A stretch of 63,853 nt of DNA, counting the filler, from Reticulomyxa filosa (taxonomy: Eukaryota; Protista; Foraminifera), in NCBI GenBank assembly GCA_000512085.1. It is 18 parts of 18 records of this genome, joined end to end, with 100 filler letters (N's around TTAATTAATTAA, not from the genome) between each part and the next. Parts side by side here need not be neighbours in the genome. Positions count along the whole stretch, not along the records: positions 27,293 to 29,751 come from ASPP01001398.1; positions 29,852 to 34,210 come from ASPP01006505.1; positions 34,311 to 35,316 come from ASPP01026147.1; positions 35,417 to 42,980 come from ASPP01001789.1; 14 more parts are not named here. One strand, written 5' to 3'. Position 1 is the first letter of the stretch. The number at the start of each line of letters is the position of its first letter. The translations under genes were made by a program, and so were the position numbers. The notes under the pieces were generated by a model, which searched no databases, had not been told where the DNA came from, and saw nothing but the letters and a program-made list of their open reading frames with translations. Below are positions 27,193 to 39,059 of the stretch, in pieces.

Positions 27193-27604
27193 NNNNNNNN
27201 NNNNNNNNNNNNNNNNNNNNNNNNNNNNNNNNNNNNTTAATTAATTAANNNNNNNNNNNNNNNNNNNNNNNNNNNNNNNNNNNNNNNNNNNNTGTGTGAC
27301 CAAAAACGAAGGAGTTGTTATTGCAAAAACATTAGAACAAAAATGTATAAATAAAATAAATTAATAGTTATGGTGTCCTGCTACACGAAGTCCTGCAATG
27401 TTATTTTTTGTGAATCATGTTATTAGTCGATGCTAGACCGACAATGTATTATTTTTTGATAAAAAAAAGCAACTGTATTAATAAAAAAAAAAAGCATTGG
27501 AAACAAAAAAAAATACATTGAAATAAAAAAAAAATAGATGGTTATTTGTCATTATGCTCCGTGCGACTATATTGGTATGGCTCTTCCTGTGACTCATTCT
27601 CACG

Positions 27605-27808
27605 GCTCGTTCCCTCTGCGGCTCGTTCACTCTGCCTCTCGTCCCCTTTGCCGCTCGATCCCTTGCGCTCGATCCCTCTGCCGCTCGATCCCTCTGCCGC
27701 TCGTTCCCTCTGCTGCTCGTCTTCACTGCGGCTCTTCACTGCGACTCGTCGTCCCTGCTGCTCGTCGTTCCTGCTGCTCGTCGTTCCTGCTCGTCGTCGT
27801 CGTCGTTC
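27605..27808. repeat. GC-rich minisatellite, about 16-bp unit GCTCGWTCCCTCTGCC, degrading into shorter CTCGTCG/CTGCTG units
   Basis: Direct repeats visible, e.g. gatccctctgccgctc twice followed by gttccctctgctgctc. Confidence 0.85.
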
Positions 27809-27825
27809 ATGTGAGTATTTTTTGT

Positions 27826-27895
27826 GTGGTTCTTTTATGGGGGTGTTCCTGTGGCTCCTTTTATGGGTGTTCCTGTGGTTCTTTTTATGGGGGTA
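27826..27895. repeat. Short tandem repeat, about 24-bp unit ttttatggg(gg)tgttcctgtgg, roughly 2.5 copies
   Basis: Visible direct repeats. Confidence 0.75.
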
Positions 27896-29929
27896 TGTTC
27901 ATGCTGCTCTTTTTCGTACATTGTTTTTCCTATGGCTGGCTACATTTGGGTGATTGGATTTATATATATATATATATATATCCGCTCATCGTTTTTCCTG
28001 GTTTTTGTGGATATCTTTGTGTTGCTATCCCAATGGCTATCTTGTTTTTTTTGCAGTCCGCAGCGAATATGTGGGATTGGGTCACGATTATTATTCAAAT
28101 TCGCATTGGAAAAAAAAATGGACAATTGGGAACGAGACATTTGACTAAGTTGTCAATCAAAGTCATATGACCATCGTGTGACACTCCAGGTGAAAATGAT
28201 GGCAACGATAATAATACTAATCCCTCTCCGTGCATGCTATAACGTGTCGGCATTTACTACTGGCGAGCATTACCAATGATCATGCTTCCTTTCGTTCCCT
28301 TTGGCTCCACTATCAAAGATATAAGATAATGCTGAAGACAAATTCTTTGGGCTGAGTCTTATCATGTAATCATGCGACTTATCATTTATTTTTAGAATTA
28401 TGCATTCTTCAAAAAAATTTAAAGTTCAACTCCTTTCATTTGCTTTACGTTTGTCTGTTTTTGATATTGAAAAGAACGACATAATGCAAAATAATAATAA
28501 TAATAATACAGATATAGTATCAAATTATTTCCTCAATCTGAATTTTATCATTTGTAAAATAACTTATCACTATTCCGTGTGTTTAGCAGTAATTTGTTTT
28601 GTGACAAAATAAAGCTAAAGTAAGTTTATAATGAAAAATTGAGACAACCCAAAACAAACATTGATGAGTGTGCATTAAAGAGAAAATGACAACAACTTTA
28701 CGTTCTCAAAAGTTTGGTTGAGTCCTAAAATAAAATCAAAGCAATATTGCACTCTTTTTTAAAATATGAAGTCAAACAAAAAAAATGTCCGATTTTTTGT
28801 GAAACTTTCAAACAGCTGGCAAGTCAGAAAGCAAAGATTCAAAATTGAAAACACTGATTTAAACAAAGAAGAAGTTTCGCAACGTTAATAAATCATAGAC
28901 TATCGTTTCACCAATTGCCATCAAGAAATTTCTTTTAAATTTGATTTGAATTTTTGTGTATTAAATTTTTTAGAATATTTTCGAGGTGAGACAAATCTCA
29001 CGATACTGTCCATCAATCTATTGTTATGACCGGTTGGAACAATTTTATCTAATCGCTTATCTTCTAGTGCTTTTAGGTCATTCCACTTATGATCATTACT
29101 CCATTTATTCATGTGAAATATTCGCTCCTTCCTTTTGTAATTTCTCATTTCCGAAAATTTCTTCCTTTATTTTGCTTCTGCTTCAAAAAAAAGGGAAGTT
29201 TATATTCCAAATAAGAAACTAACAAGATTTTTCTTGTTTAGGTTGTATTTTTACTTTTTAGTTAGCAAAAGCCTAGGCATTCTTAGACAGACCCGTGTTA
29301 CATTCAAAAGGATTAAATTTGATGTAAACAGCCAACTGTTCTCTTTTTTACCACCATAGAAAAAAAAAATAAATAAATAAGATACATACAACACACACAT
29401 CCAAAAAAAAAAAATGATACAACACTCCATAAAAGAATTGGAGAGAATAAACGAAAAAATAAATAAGATAAAATGTGTATATTTGCATAGCATATGTTGG
29501 ATATGTGTGTACACATTATAGTGAAGGAAACAAATTAATTAAGGATGAGATAAATGAAGAACATCTTGAAAACGTTGAAGTAAAGAAAAGGAGGAATCTC
29601 CATGCATTAATAAATGAAGAGAATCGCTAAGTAATTCAGCTTTATTTAAAATTGAACCCTATAATATTGATAATAATATTATTATTATATATGTATATAC
29701 TTATATAAATATATCTATAAATACAAAACTTGTAAACCAGCTAAACGAGCANNNNNNNNNNNNNNNNNNNNNNNNNNNNNNNNNNNNNNNNNNNNTTAAT
29801 TAATTAANNNNNNNNNNNNNNNNNNNNNNNNNNNNNNNNNNNNNNNNNNNNAATGTATACGTTGTTTTGTTGTTTTGTTTTTTTTTTTTTTTTTTTTTTG
29901 ATTATTATTTATTATTTATTATTTATTAC

Positions 29930-30710
29930 CTAAAAGCGTAATGTGAAACGAGTCTCCAGGAGGACGGAAGAATACCCAAGAGACGGCGGAAAAAATCCCA
30001 AAGACATCCGTGCAAAGCAGACAAAGTTGAACACAAATGTAGGGCGATCGATGGAATACGAAAACATAAATGCCTTGCTTGATACCGAAGTCATACTAAA
30101 TAATATTGAAAATATGTTCAATGGAGTTGCACGCTGTCGAATTAATATTGCCACTAACTGCAGTATGCTTTCAGGAAATGCTTTTATATACGTATATGTA
30201 TACATATAATATATATATATTTTTAATACATTAAAAAAAAAAAAGACCTTCGATGAATGATTCAATGATAAATCCTCCTTGACTATTGATGCGCTCTTCA
30301 ATCCACCATTGCAGTTCGTCCATTCCTTCTGGACGTGTTCGTGAGTCTCGCGCTGGGTCTCGCAAATCAAAAAATGCCAGAAATTTCCGTATTCCACGTA
30401 TCTCATAACTTTCCAACCATAAAAAGATTGGGACGAGTTGAGCAAATGGAAAAACACACAAAAAGATCAACACTTGTCGTCTTGCGGATCGATTCTCTGC
30501 ATGTGATAGTACGAACAATCCTGAATAACATATCTGCGCCAAACATAGTATCACAAGTGATATCCAGAAAAATATCATCCGGTCTTGTAAATAAAATTCA
30601 CGGGTCACTAGTACGTCGGTGGTCACGTCGATAGCACTTACCACTGGAGCTGCAAAATCATAGAGAAAATTTGTCAATTTTGAACACCTGGTTGTTTCTT
30701 TTGTCTTCAT
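29930..30710 (-). CDS. XK-related multi-pass membrane protein (3'-partial, intron near 30180-30250)
   Basis: AIDVTTDVLVTREFY..FFWISLVIL opening helices; spliced ESFIE|AFPESILQLVAIL matches the XK ExxxEaxPqxxLQ motif; SILFSMTSV. Confidence 0.7.
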
Positions 30711-31114
30711 CGAAGGTATATATAGAGACCCCCAAACTTTATGCCAACAAAATTGAAAGGCTCCTCACAAACAAAAAAAACCTAATTCATGCAAATCTGT
30801 TATACTATTTTTTTTTGATGTTGTTCGTTTCCACGAGTTCATTTTGTCATTAAATGAAAAACTGACAAAGTTTCACGTACACTAGTATTGTGCAGAGCAA
30901 TGATGCATTTTTTTTTTTGGCTTGAAAAGTTCAGAAAGTTGCCCAAACAAAAATCTGCTTGTCCTCGTGAACAAACTTTCATAATTCATTTTAAACATGT
31001 CTAAACAACCAGTAAGTTGAAATCTATCTTAAAAGCTGATAATAAATTGTCTTTCTTGCTTCTTATTGTGTTTTCTTCTGTTGTTTTAAACAACAGGAAA
31101 CAAAGAAAAAAAAT

Positions 31115-31351
31115 TTGGATCCCTACGAAGAGGAAACAGTAGAAGATGATGACGAAGTTTCCAGTTCATTTTTAGGCGCGCCTTCGAAGCATGAGCATAC
31201 AGCAAGAGAGCCTAAGCCGCATGACAAAGATCAAAAAGGCAAAACAAAGGACAAAACTAACACAGATAAAGCTAATACAGACAAAACCAACACAGATAAA
31301 GCTAATACAGATAAGACCATCTCAATTTCAGGAAAAAGTGAAACAAAATAA
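31115..31351 (+). CDS. Small hydrophilic ORF or exon containing a duplicated 30-bp unit (TNTDKANTDK twice)
   Basis: Charged ORF; direct repeat at about 31255-31316. Confidence 0.3.
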   Translation: MDPYEEETVEDDDEVSSSFLGAPSKHEHTAREPKPHDKDQKGKTKDKTNTDKANTDKTNTDKANTDKTISISGKSETK

Positions 31352-32064
31352 CTATTTCCTATTTTTTGGATCATTTTGATTTTGTTGCCATTGGAATATT
31401 CAAGATGTAAATTACGTTGTGTGATATTATCAGTTTTCCGAATTGTATGTTTGACTGTTAATGGCATTGCGATTTTTGTTTCAAAGCCGTACTTTTGTTT
31501 GCAAAGGGATAACAATTTTTAAATAGTTTCTGTATCTCTTAAATTGTGGAGATTATTCAAGGAATAAGCGTAATTGCTTAAAATGTAGATCGTATTATTT
31601 TTTTTTTAGTGTTCCCCATGTGTACATGTTTTCTGCATATTTCTCAAAAAGTTTTATGGAATAAAAACTGCAGTAGTTTGTTTGTGCTTGCGATGTCACT
31701 TTTTCTTTTGTTAAAAAAATTCACAAGAAAGATAGTGACCAAGATAATAATAAAAGATCTACATATGATATATGTACAAATTTGTTTTGTCTTAGAAATA
31801 TGTCATTGAGTGAGAGAAGTGGGATTTGCATTGATACTTTGGTGAATGATAATGTCTAAAAAATTAATAAGATAGCATAAACTTCTATTAATAATTTTAA
31901 AAAGTATTTTTGTTTGTGGTATCATTGTATGAATTAGTATAATTATATATTTTTTGACTTTTGTTTGAATAAGTTTAATGCTCGGAGTAAGTTTTAAAAA
32001 TAAAACGATGCTGTAGAGCTCAATAGCACGGACAAAAAGACAAATGTGCTTTTCAAGAAAAAAA

Positions 32065-33172
32065 TTACGTGCTGACGAGTCTGCCCAATATAACTTCTGA
32101 CTGTCTCTTACAACAACCAAAACAAAAATGATAGATCTTTTCTCCAAAAGTGAAGCTACTTGTCATCAAAATGCCATTGAGCACACAATCAACGGACATA
32201 GGGAAAGCGGTCCGTGTGGCCCAAACAGCGATTAAAGACAGAAAAGAGAAGACGATACCGACCAAAGCAATGAGACCATATTTTCGAACATGCATAAGAA
32301 TTTGCATCGTTTCTTTCGAAATTTGATGAGCCGAAGAATTTCTATTAACGTGCGTAAGATCGAGTTCTTCGTTTCTATGTACCGAACGTGCGGTGCTAAT
32401 CATTCTTGTGACATACATATATCCAATGCTGACACTCAATATAATCAAACTAGATATTCCAATTGCACTGCTTATGTTAAAAGGCGCTAAGGGAAGACGG
32501 CACGTCCAATAAACCTTTTCTCCATTCATTTTAGTGACCGAAGCAGACAATACATTGAAATCAGAGCTTTTGAAGTACTGTACACACCCAGAGTCGAATA
32601 CCATCCAACAACTTAACCCCAGAATAAGCAAAACTACTAATAGCATTTGTGAATAAAGCCACCAAAGGCAGTATTTATTAATTCCAGTTAATGAGTTTTG
32701 AAACACTATTACTGAGATTTTTCAAAAAATAAACAAAAATTACGAGTACGTATATTCCTTTGTGCAACCATATTCAATTAAAAAAAAAAAAAATATATAT
32801 ATATATATAGCATAAACATGACAAACCTAATCTTTGTAACCAAAAAAACAATCTACCAGTATATATCGAAAGCAGTGTCATGGTAACAATAGAAAACAGC
32901 ACTTGACAAGACAAATAATGTTCGATCCACCAATTCTGTCCTGTACCAATGAACAATAGCGATTCTACGCAGAGTGTTACCCACAACACGATGTGATAAA
33001 ATATGCAGATGGATTGAAGACTTAAATATCGATTTTCTGGCTTCCACAAATTATAAACAGTGTACGAACAAAAAACTGATTCGAACGCTAGTAACAAACA
33101 CGCACTAACTACGTAGGCTCCAATAGGACGAGATGGAGCTTGCAACTCACTGCAAAATCGAGGCATAAACAA
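32065..33172 (-). CDS. Two-exon multi-pass (about 7TM, GPCR-like) membrane protein
   Basis: About seven hydrophobic segments across ORFs 32774-33172 and 32065-32706, with a long loop before the last two helices; splice in LQRL|..VFQNS. Confidence 0.6.
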
Positions 33173-33810
33173 AAAATTTTAAAAGTATACCAAGCTTTGC
33201 CTGTACGTCAGAAATGTGAGCCCTTTCAACAGGAAAACATGTTTTGTCTTTGTTGAAAACGTTGAATTTGTAAATTACCCACAGCGTAGAAGCGCCATGT
33301 GTAATTGTTCGGTTTATTTGCAAAGAAAAAAGCTATGCAAACAGTCTTACTTGCACTGCGGAAAAAACAACAATAGCTAAACAAATATAATTACGTTGAA
33401 GTAAGCACTAGCATTGTTGTTATTTGACTACGCAATCCATCAAAACTTTTTTTGTTTAATTTTTGGGTATTTGATTATATTGTTTGTGAGCACATATGTG
33501 AAGATAACTAACTGCATTTGATTATTAATTAAAGAAAAGAAAAACTAAAGCAAGACTAGCAAAAAAAAACCTTTTAAAAAAGTGGGGGCTTTTTATCAGA
33601 ACGGGTAAATTCGTTTAAGAAAAAAAAAAAATCCAAGTTATTACCGATAAGTTCTTCAGGTGATTTAGTTCCATCCCATTTTCAACAAGAGTTGCGTTTC
33701 AATTTTTTTGGGCTGCTTCAACGTTGAAAGTACGTGTTTCACGATTTTCTTCTTCGTTGTCCAAGAAAAAAATGTAAAAAAAAAATGTTTGTTACAACTG
33801 TAAAGGCTCA

Positions 33811-34001
33811 AATGCTCGGACTAAACCCATACGCAAGTGCGTCTTTATATGTTGGAGATTTAAGTCCTGAAGTAACTGAGTCGAAGTTGTTTGAAGTATT
33901 TAACACAGCCGGGCCTGTTGCTTCAGTCCGAGTGTGCAGAGACAGTTCATCAAAAACTTCGTTGGGCTATGCTTATGTAAACTTTCATTCTGTCAGCTCT
34001 G
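33811..34001 (+). CDS. PABPC: Polyadenylate-binding protein, first exon (RRM1), truncated by the contig end
   Basis: [48 protein letters not shown] is the hallmark PABP RRM1; GT donor at about 34002. Confidence 0.92.
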
Positions 34002-34310
34002 GTGAGGAAAAAAAAAAAAAAAAAAGAGGGAAGAAAAGGCGTTGTATACGTACGTACACTCCTTTAAAAAAAAAAAAATTCCAAACACTTTCTATCTTTC
34101 CAATAAAAGAGAAATTCAAACAAGCACCACATACACACATACAAAAAAAAAAACTTGTTGTTTATCGTCCATTGGATCTATGAAGATTATTTTATTATCT
34201 TGAGGGGGGGNNNNNNNNNNNNNNNNNNNNNNNNNNNNNNNNNNNNNNNNNNNNTTAATTAATTAANNNNNNNNNNNNNNNNNNNNNNNNNNNNNNNNNN
34301 NNNNNNNNNN

Positions 34311-35252
34311 TATAATATGCTTCGGATTGTTTTGTTCCGCCGTTTTAATTTGTTGTTGTTGTTGTTGTTGTTGCTGTTGTGAACGTGATGGATCTGAAGG
34401 CAATTTCATACTGACGGCATCATGTTTTAGTAATTCACCTGACTTCCTCTCCTTTGATGGTCGTGAGCCCGTGGCATTTGCATTTACATTTGTATTTGTA
34501 TTTGCGTTCTTTGCATTTGCATTTACATTTGCGTTCTTCGCGTCTGCACTCTTTGAATTTGTGTTCTTTGTGTGAATACTCTTTGAATTGACGTCCTTTG
34601 CATTTATTTCTTTTGTATTTATTTCTTTTGCATTGATCTTTTTTTCGTTCCCGTTCTTTGCACTTGCATTCCTTGTATTTAAGTTTTTTGCGACAGTGTC
34701 CTTCGTATTTGCGCTCTTTGGATTTGTGTGTGTGATTTGAACGTGATGATACACGTACGTGTCATCACGTTTGCTTTTCTTCGTTTTTTTTTTTTTTGTG
34801 CGTGGGTTTGTGCTTTTTCTTTTGAATGGTTGCGCTTTGTTGCTTTTCGTGTTTATGTTTGACATAAAGAGGCGACGTTTCCGACAATGAATTCAGCAAT
34901 GACGACGACGATTCTCTGCGGAAGACAAGACGACAGAGCAGAATTGGAAGAGGCGCATGAGGATCGACGGGATGAAACTGAGTGAGAAAAGGGTGAGTGT
35001 GTCCATGCATCTCCTTCTCCTCTTCCTCTCCCTCCTTCCTTCTTCTTCTTCTTCTTCTTCTTCTTCGTCTGTTTCATGATCGTTGTTTCTGTGAGGATTG
35101 GCCCCACTTTCAAATGAATGCAATGATTTCGAAACACCCTGGCGTTTGCGCGTCTTATCATGTCCGCGCTCTTCTTTGCTTTTTTTTAGACGATTTTTTG
35201 TTTTCTTTTTTGGCAATGTCGGAATCGCTTCTGAGGCACTTGTTTGTGGCAT
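34311..35252 (-). CDS. Low-complexity hypothetical protein fragment with K-x-x-N-[TAS] pentapeptide repeats
   Basis: KEINTKEINAKDVNSKSIHTKNTNSKSADAKNAN; poly-E and poly-Q tracts; probable introns or frameshifts. Confidence 0.45.
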
Positions 35253-35488
35253 TTCATGCGAATGTAAACTTGATGGTTGGCGCTATATATAATGTATATA
35301 CATACATGCATATATANNNNNNNNNNNNNNNNNNNNNNNNNNNNNNNNNNNNNNNNNNNNTTAATTAATTAANNNNNNNNNNNNNNNNNNNNNNNNNNNN
35401 NNNNNNNNNNNNNNNNTTCAATAACATAAAACTTAAATCCGATTGTTTTTTTTAAAAAAAAGGGACATATTGCTTTTTTAAAAAAGTT

Positions 35489-36613
35489 ATGTTTATGTGG
35501 AAAACAAATAGTACAAACTATCATCATCGAAAGCCAGTAAACAATAACAAATTGTTTAACTACAAAAACAGTGGCATTGATGGCAAAAACGGTTGCAAAA
35601 ACTGTTGCAAAAACGGTAACAAAAACTGTATCAAAAACAGTATCAAAAACAGTAGCAAAAACAGTGACAAAAACAATGATAAAGACAGTAACATTGTTAC
35701 GAACAACAAAAATACAGGTCCGAACACGAATACAAAAACGAATATGATAAATCCGAACACAAAGACTCAAAATAAAATGAAAATAAATAAAAATAAAAAC
35801 AATGTCACGAATAACATACGCATTTACATGACCACAAATATCCACAAATATGAAGAAATTAATATGGTTAGAAGCATTGATATGGCCACAAATATCCACA
35901 ATGCCAAAGAAAGTGATATGATCAAAGGTATTGATACGATCACCAATATTCGCAAGGCCAAAGAAATTGATATGATCAAAAGCATTGACATTAGTACAAA
36001 TATTTGCAAGGCCAAAGAAGTTAATATTATCAAAGGCATTTATACTAGTACAAATATTTATAAGACAACAGAAATGGATGTGATCAAAGGCATTGATATA
36101 GCCACAAATATTCACAAATCTGAAGAAATTAATATGATTAGAAGCATTGACATGGCCACAAATACCCACAAGGCCAAAGAAATGGATATGATAAAAGACA
36201 TTGACATGACCACAAGTATCGATAATGTCAAAGAAATAGATATGATCAAAGGCATTGACAAGACAACAATAATTGACATGAACGAAAATGCAACTAATAT
36301 ACAAAGAAAAAAACGCAAATTAAGAGAAGTGCATGACATCAAACAAGATTTAGAATTAATATCAAAACGTAGGCCAAAAATACGTATTAATGATAATGCA
36401 GCTTATATGATAAATCAATATTTTAAAGTACCCACAAGGGTATGTATATATATATACATATATTTGGAAGAACTCCCAGTTGAGGAACTGCGTCTAGTTG
36501 AGGATCTGCGTCTAGCGATGAGCTGCGTCTAGATGAGGAACTATTTATAGACCTCAATCTGTTTCTAGCCATCATGCTGCTTCTAGTCATCATGCTGCTT
36601 CTTCTATATGTAT

Positions 36614-36646
<33 letters not shown>

Positions 36647-36861
36647 ATACTTACTTTTTTGTAAAGTTTTTTAAATATAATAAATAAGAGATTAAAAGTA
36701 TGAGCCGACATTGGGCTGATGACGCAAATGATATTATTAATAAATTATCAAATGAACTTAATAAAAAAGAGAATGAGATATTAATATTAAATAATGAATA
36801 CGCTGAACAAAATCAAAAATTAATCAATATAAAAAATGTGTTTAATTTAAAAAATTTGTGA
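35489..36861 (+). CDS. Hypothetical tandem-repeat protein (about seven 20-aa repeats plus tetrapeptide repeats); probable intron 36440-36698 and a short coiled-coil second exon
   Basis: 347-aa ORF with repeats MATNIHKAKEMDMIKGIDI; GTATGT donor after KVPTR; exon-like sequence resumes at about 36699. Confidence 0.55.
35585..35675 (+). repeat. 12-bp tandem repeat AAAAAC(A/G/T)GT(A/T/G)NC, about 7 copies
   Basis: aaaaacggttgc aaaaactgttgc aaaaacggtaac aaaaactgtatc aaaaacagtatc aaaaacagtagc aaaaacagtgac. Confidence 0.85.
35826..36262 (+). repeat. 60-bp tandem repeat, about 7 degenerate copies
   Basis: Each 60-base line repeats the pattern acaaatat.cacaa..ccaaagaaat.gatatgatcaaaggcattga. Confidence 0.9.
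36468..36605. repeat. Two adjacent 18-bp minisatellites (gaggaactgcgtctagtt about 4 copies; ttctagycatcatgctgc 2 copies)
   Basis: Visible direct repeats embedded between (TA)n tracts. Confidence 0.8.
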
Positions 36862-38015
36862 TAAAATTGTTGTTATTGCTGATAAAATGATATTGCATAT
36901 TTACAAAGTCTATTTAGTTTTATTTAAATTCATGTGAAGAGCTTACAACATTTGAACCTCAAATATACCATCATGTTAATAAACTATGACGTAGTTTAAC
37001 TTTTTTTAAAAAAAACAAAAATTATGATTTTATTACGATAAGCTACAGTATTTATTTTATCACACAACACAGAATATTTTCAATTTATAAAGAAGTTTTT
37101 GAAACATTATTTGTTGTAATATTATTCTCAAGATATATATACTTACATGTTTTTTTGTTTACAATAGAATACTTTAAATCAAAAGTGTGTGCATAAACTT
37201 CAAAAAGTATATACTGTTTTATAAACCTATACGCTTTTTCGTTTCAATATTAACTTCATTATCATGTTTGCACAACTTCAAGAAAGGTTCTCCAAGATAG
37301 ATAAAGAGATCATTTCTGAGACAATGAAATGGTTTAACGAAAATGTTAAAGAGACAGAGGATATCCAAATATGGCTAACAGAGAACACGTAGCAATACAT
37401 TTCTGTATGGAAGGAAACCAGATATTGATCTTTCAAATATCTTTGCCTTATTTCAAAGAAGAACAAAAGAAATTATCATTGTTGGATGAAATCAAAAAAT
37501 AGCAAGTAAGTTCACTATATTGAAGGTTTTGGATTTGCAACAAATTTCTTAGAATGTTTGTTATCGCAAAAATTATTGTACACCAAACAAAAAATACACA
37601 AACACAGTTACAGTTGTATTGTTGGCCAAACTTTTGTAACACATGTTATCACGTATTTATTTGCAGTGGTCACATTACAACGATTTAAATGCAAACGAAA
37701 TGTCATCGAATGTATGGAGGTAACTTAATGAGTGTAAATTTTGTTGATATCTTGTTTTGAGTTAAATCCTTTGTTGTATTTACCTTAACAGAATTGCACA
37801 TGATTATATTCTAATAGATATAAAATTAAGACAAACATTTCGTTTTGATCTAATGATGAAATATATTAACGAATTACAACAAATAGTTCATCAATATAAG
37901 GTATTAATTATATATTTATTTATTTATTTATAATTTTAATATAATAAATGATTAAAAAATATAAAAGGACGAAAATTTTAAATTAAAACAAGAAAAACAA
38001 ATTAATGAAAATAAT

Positions 38016-38207
38016 TTGTCAAGACAAAGTATTAATAATTTAGATCTTAAATTAAATAAGATATTTATTGGGCATAAATCTATTGTGTGGAGTATCGATT
38101 ATTCAATATTTGGTGATGATCAATTTATTTGTTCTGGATATTTGAAAAATACCAAAATAAAGGAAATTGGGCAAGCAAATAATTATTATTCAACTACAAT
38201 TAGATAA
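38016..38207 (+). pseudogene. WD40-repeat gene remnant
   Basis: KIFIGHKSIVWSIDYSIFGDDQFICSG is a single truncated WD40 blade with no continuation. Confidence 0.7.
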
Positions 38208-39059
38208 TAACAAGTTAATTTTTTCTTTTCTCAAGAAATCGTATACAATTTAAATTCGCGGATATTTTTTTGCTATTTATCCAAAAAGTGGGGATCTTTC
38301 GATTGCCGTTTACGTATTATATTTTTAAAGCAAACCAAAGTTTAGAATTGATGATGTTTACAATGTGTTATCAAAATTTAGGAAATTAAATTCAATATAC
38401 ATTCATTCTTGAATAAAAATTATAATTACTTCAAGTTTTACTAACATAATATGGAAATTCCGATCTGAAGTTTTTGGATAAAATCATCAATTACAGAAAA
38501 ATAAATGGACTGAACACTCACAAATTCATTCCACTTTTCGAATTTTTCAGATACGGTTTACATATTTTCAATCATTAATCTTTTGCTACTGTGTATCAAT
38601 TCACTACAACAACAAGTTTTGCTTTGTGTTTTATTTACTACATGTTCTGATTTTGGTAAAGAGATAGTTTTTGTTTTTATCTATATCACGAAAGTGCACC
38701 CACTTCAAAAAGCTCGTGTATACGTTTTAGAAAAGCATGCAATTGCAGCATCAAAGAAGACAAGATGAAATGCTTTGAAGTTGATATTTTTTAATAAAAG
38801 GTAAAGAAAATAACCATATTTTTTAACATACAAAAAAAAGACAATGACTGGTAATGCTCATCATTTCGCTACGTTGTCCATAGTAATAAATTCAATGATG
38901 TATCATAGAGATGTTAACAATGTTGCTATATTTGGTATATTTCCTGTTTTTTTTTAAAATATGACAAGACAATATGTTCATATGACTGTATGAAACAAAG
39001 GTTATGTATCCAATTGTATTTCAATAGGAAATGTGAAATGCAATGGAGGTATGCAAGAC

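Noticed and set aside
27538-28170. 210-aa ORF and overlapping ORFs as a real gene
   Set aside because: The openness is explained by a GC-rich minisatellite lacking stops; the unit is not a multiple of three and no domain is recognisable.
35826-36262. CRISPR array
   Set aside because: The units are contiguous and degenerate with no unique spacers, and no cas genes are present.
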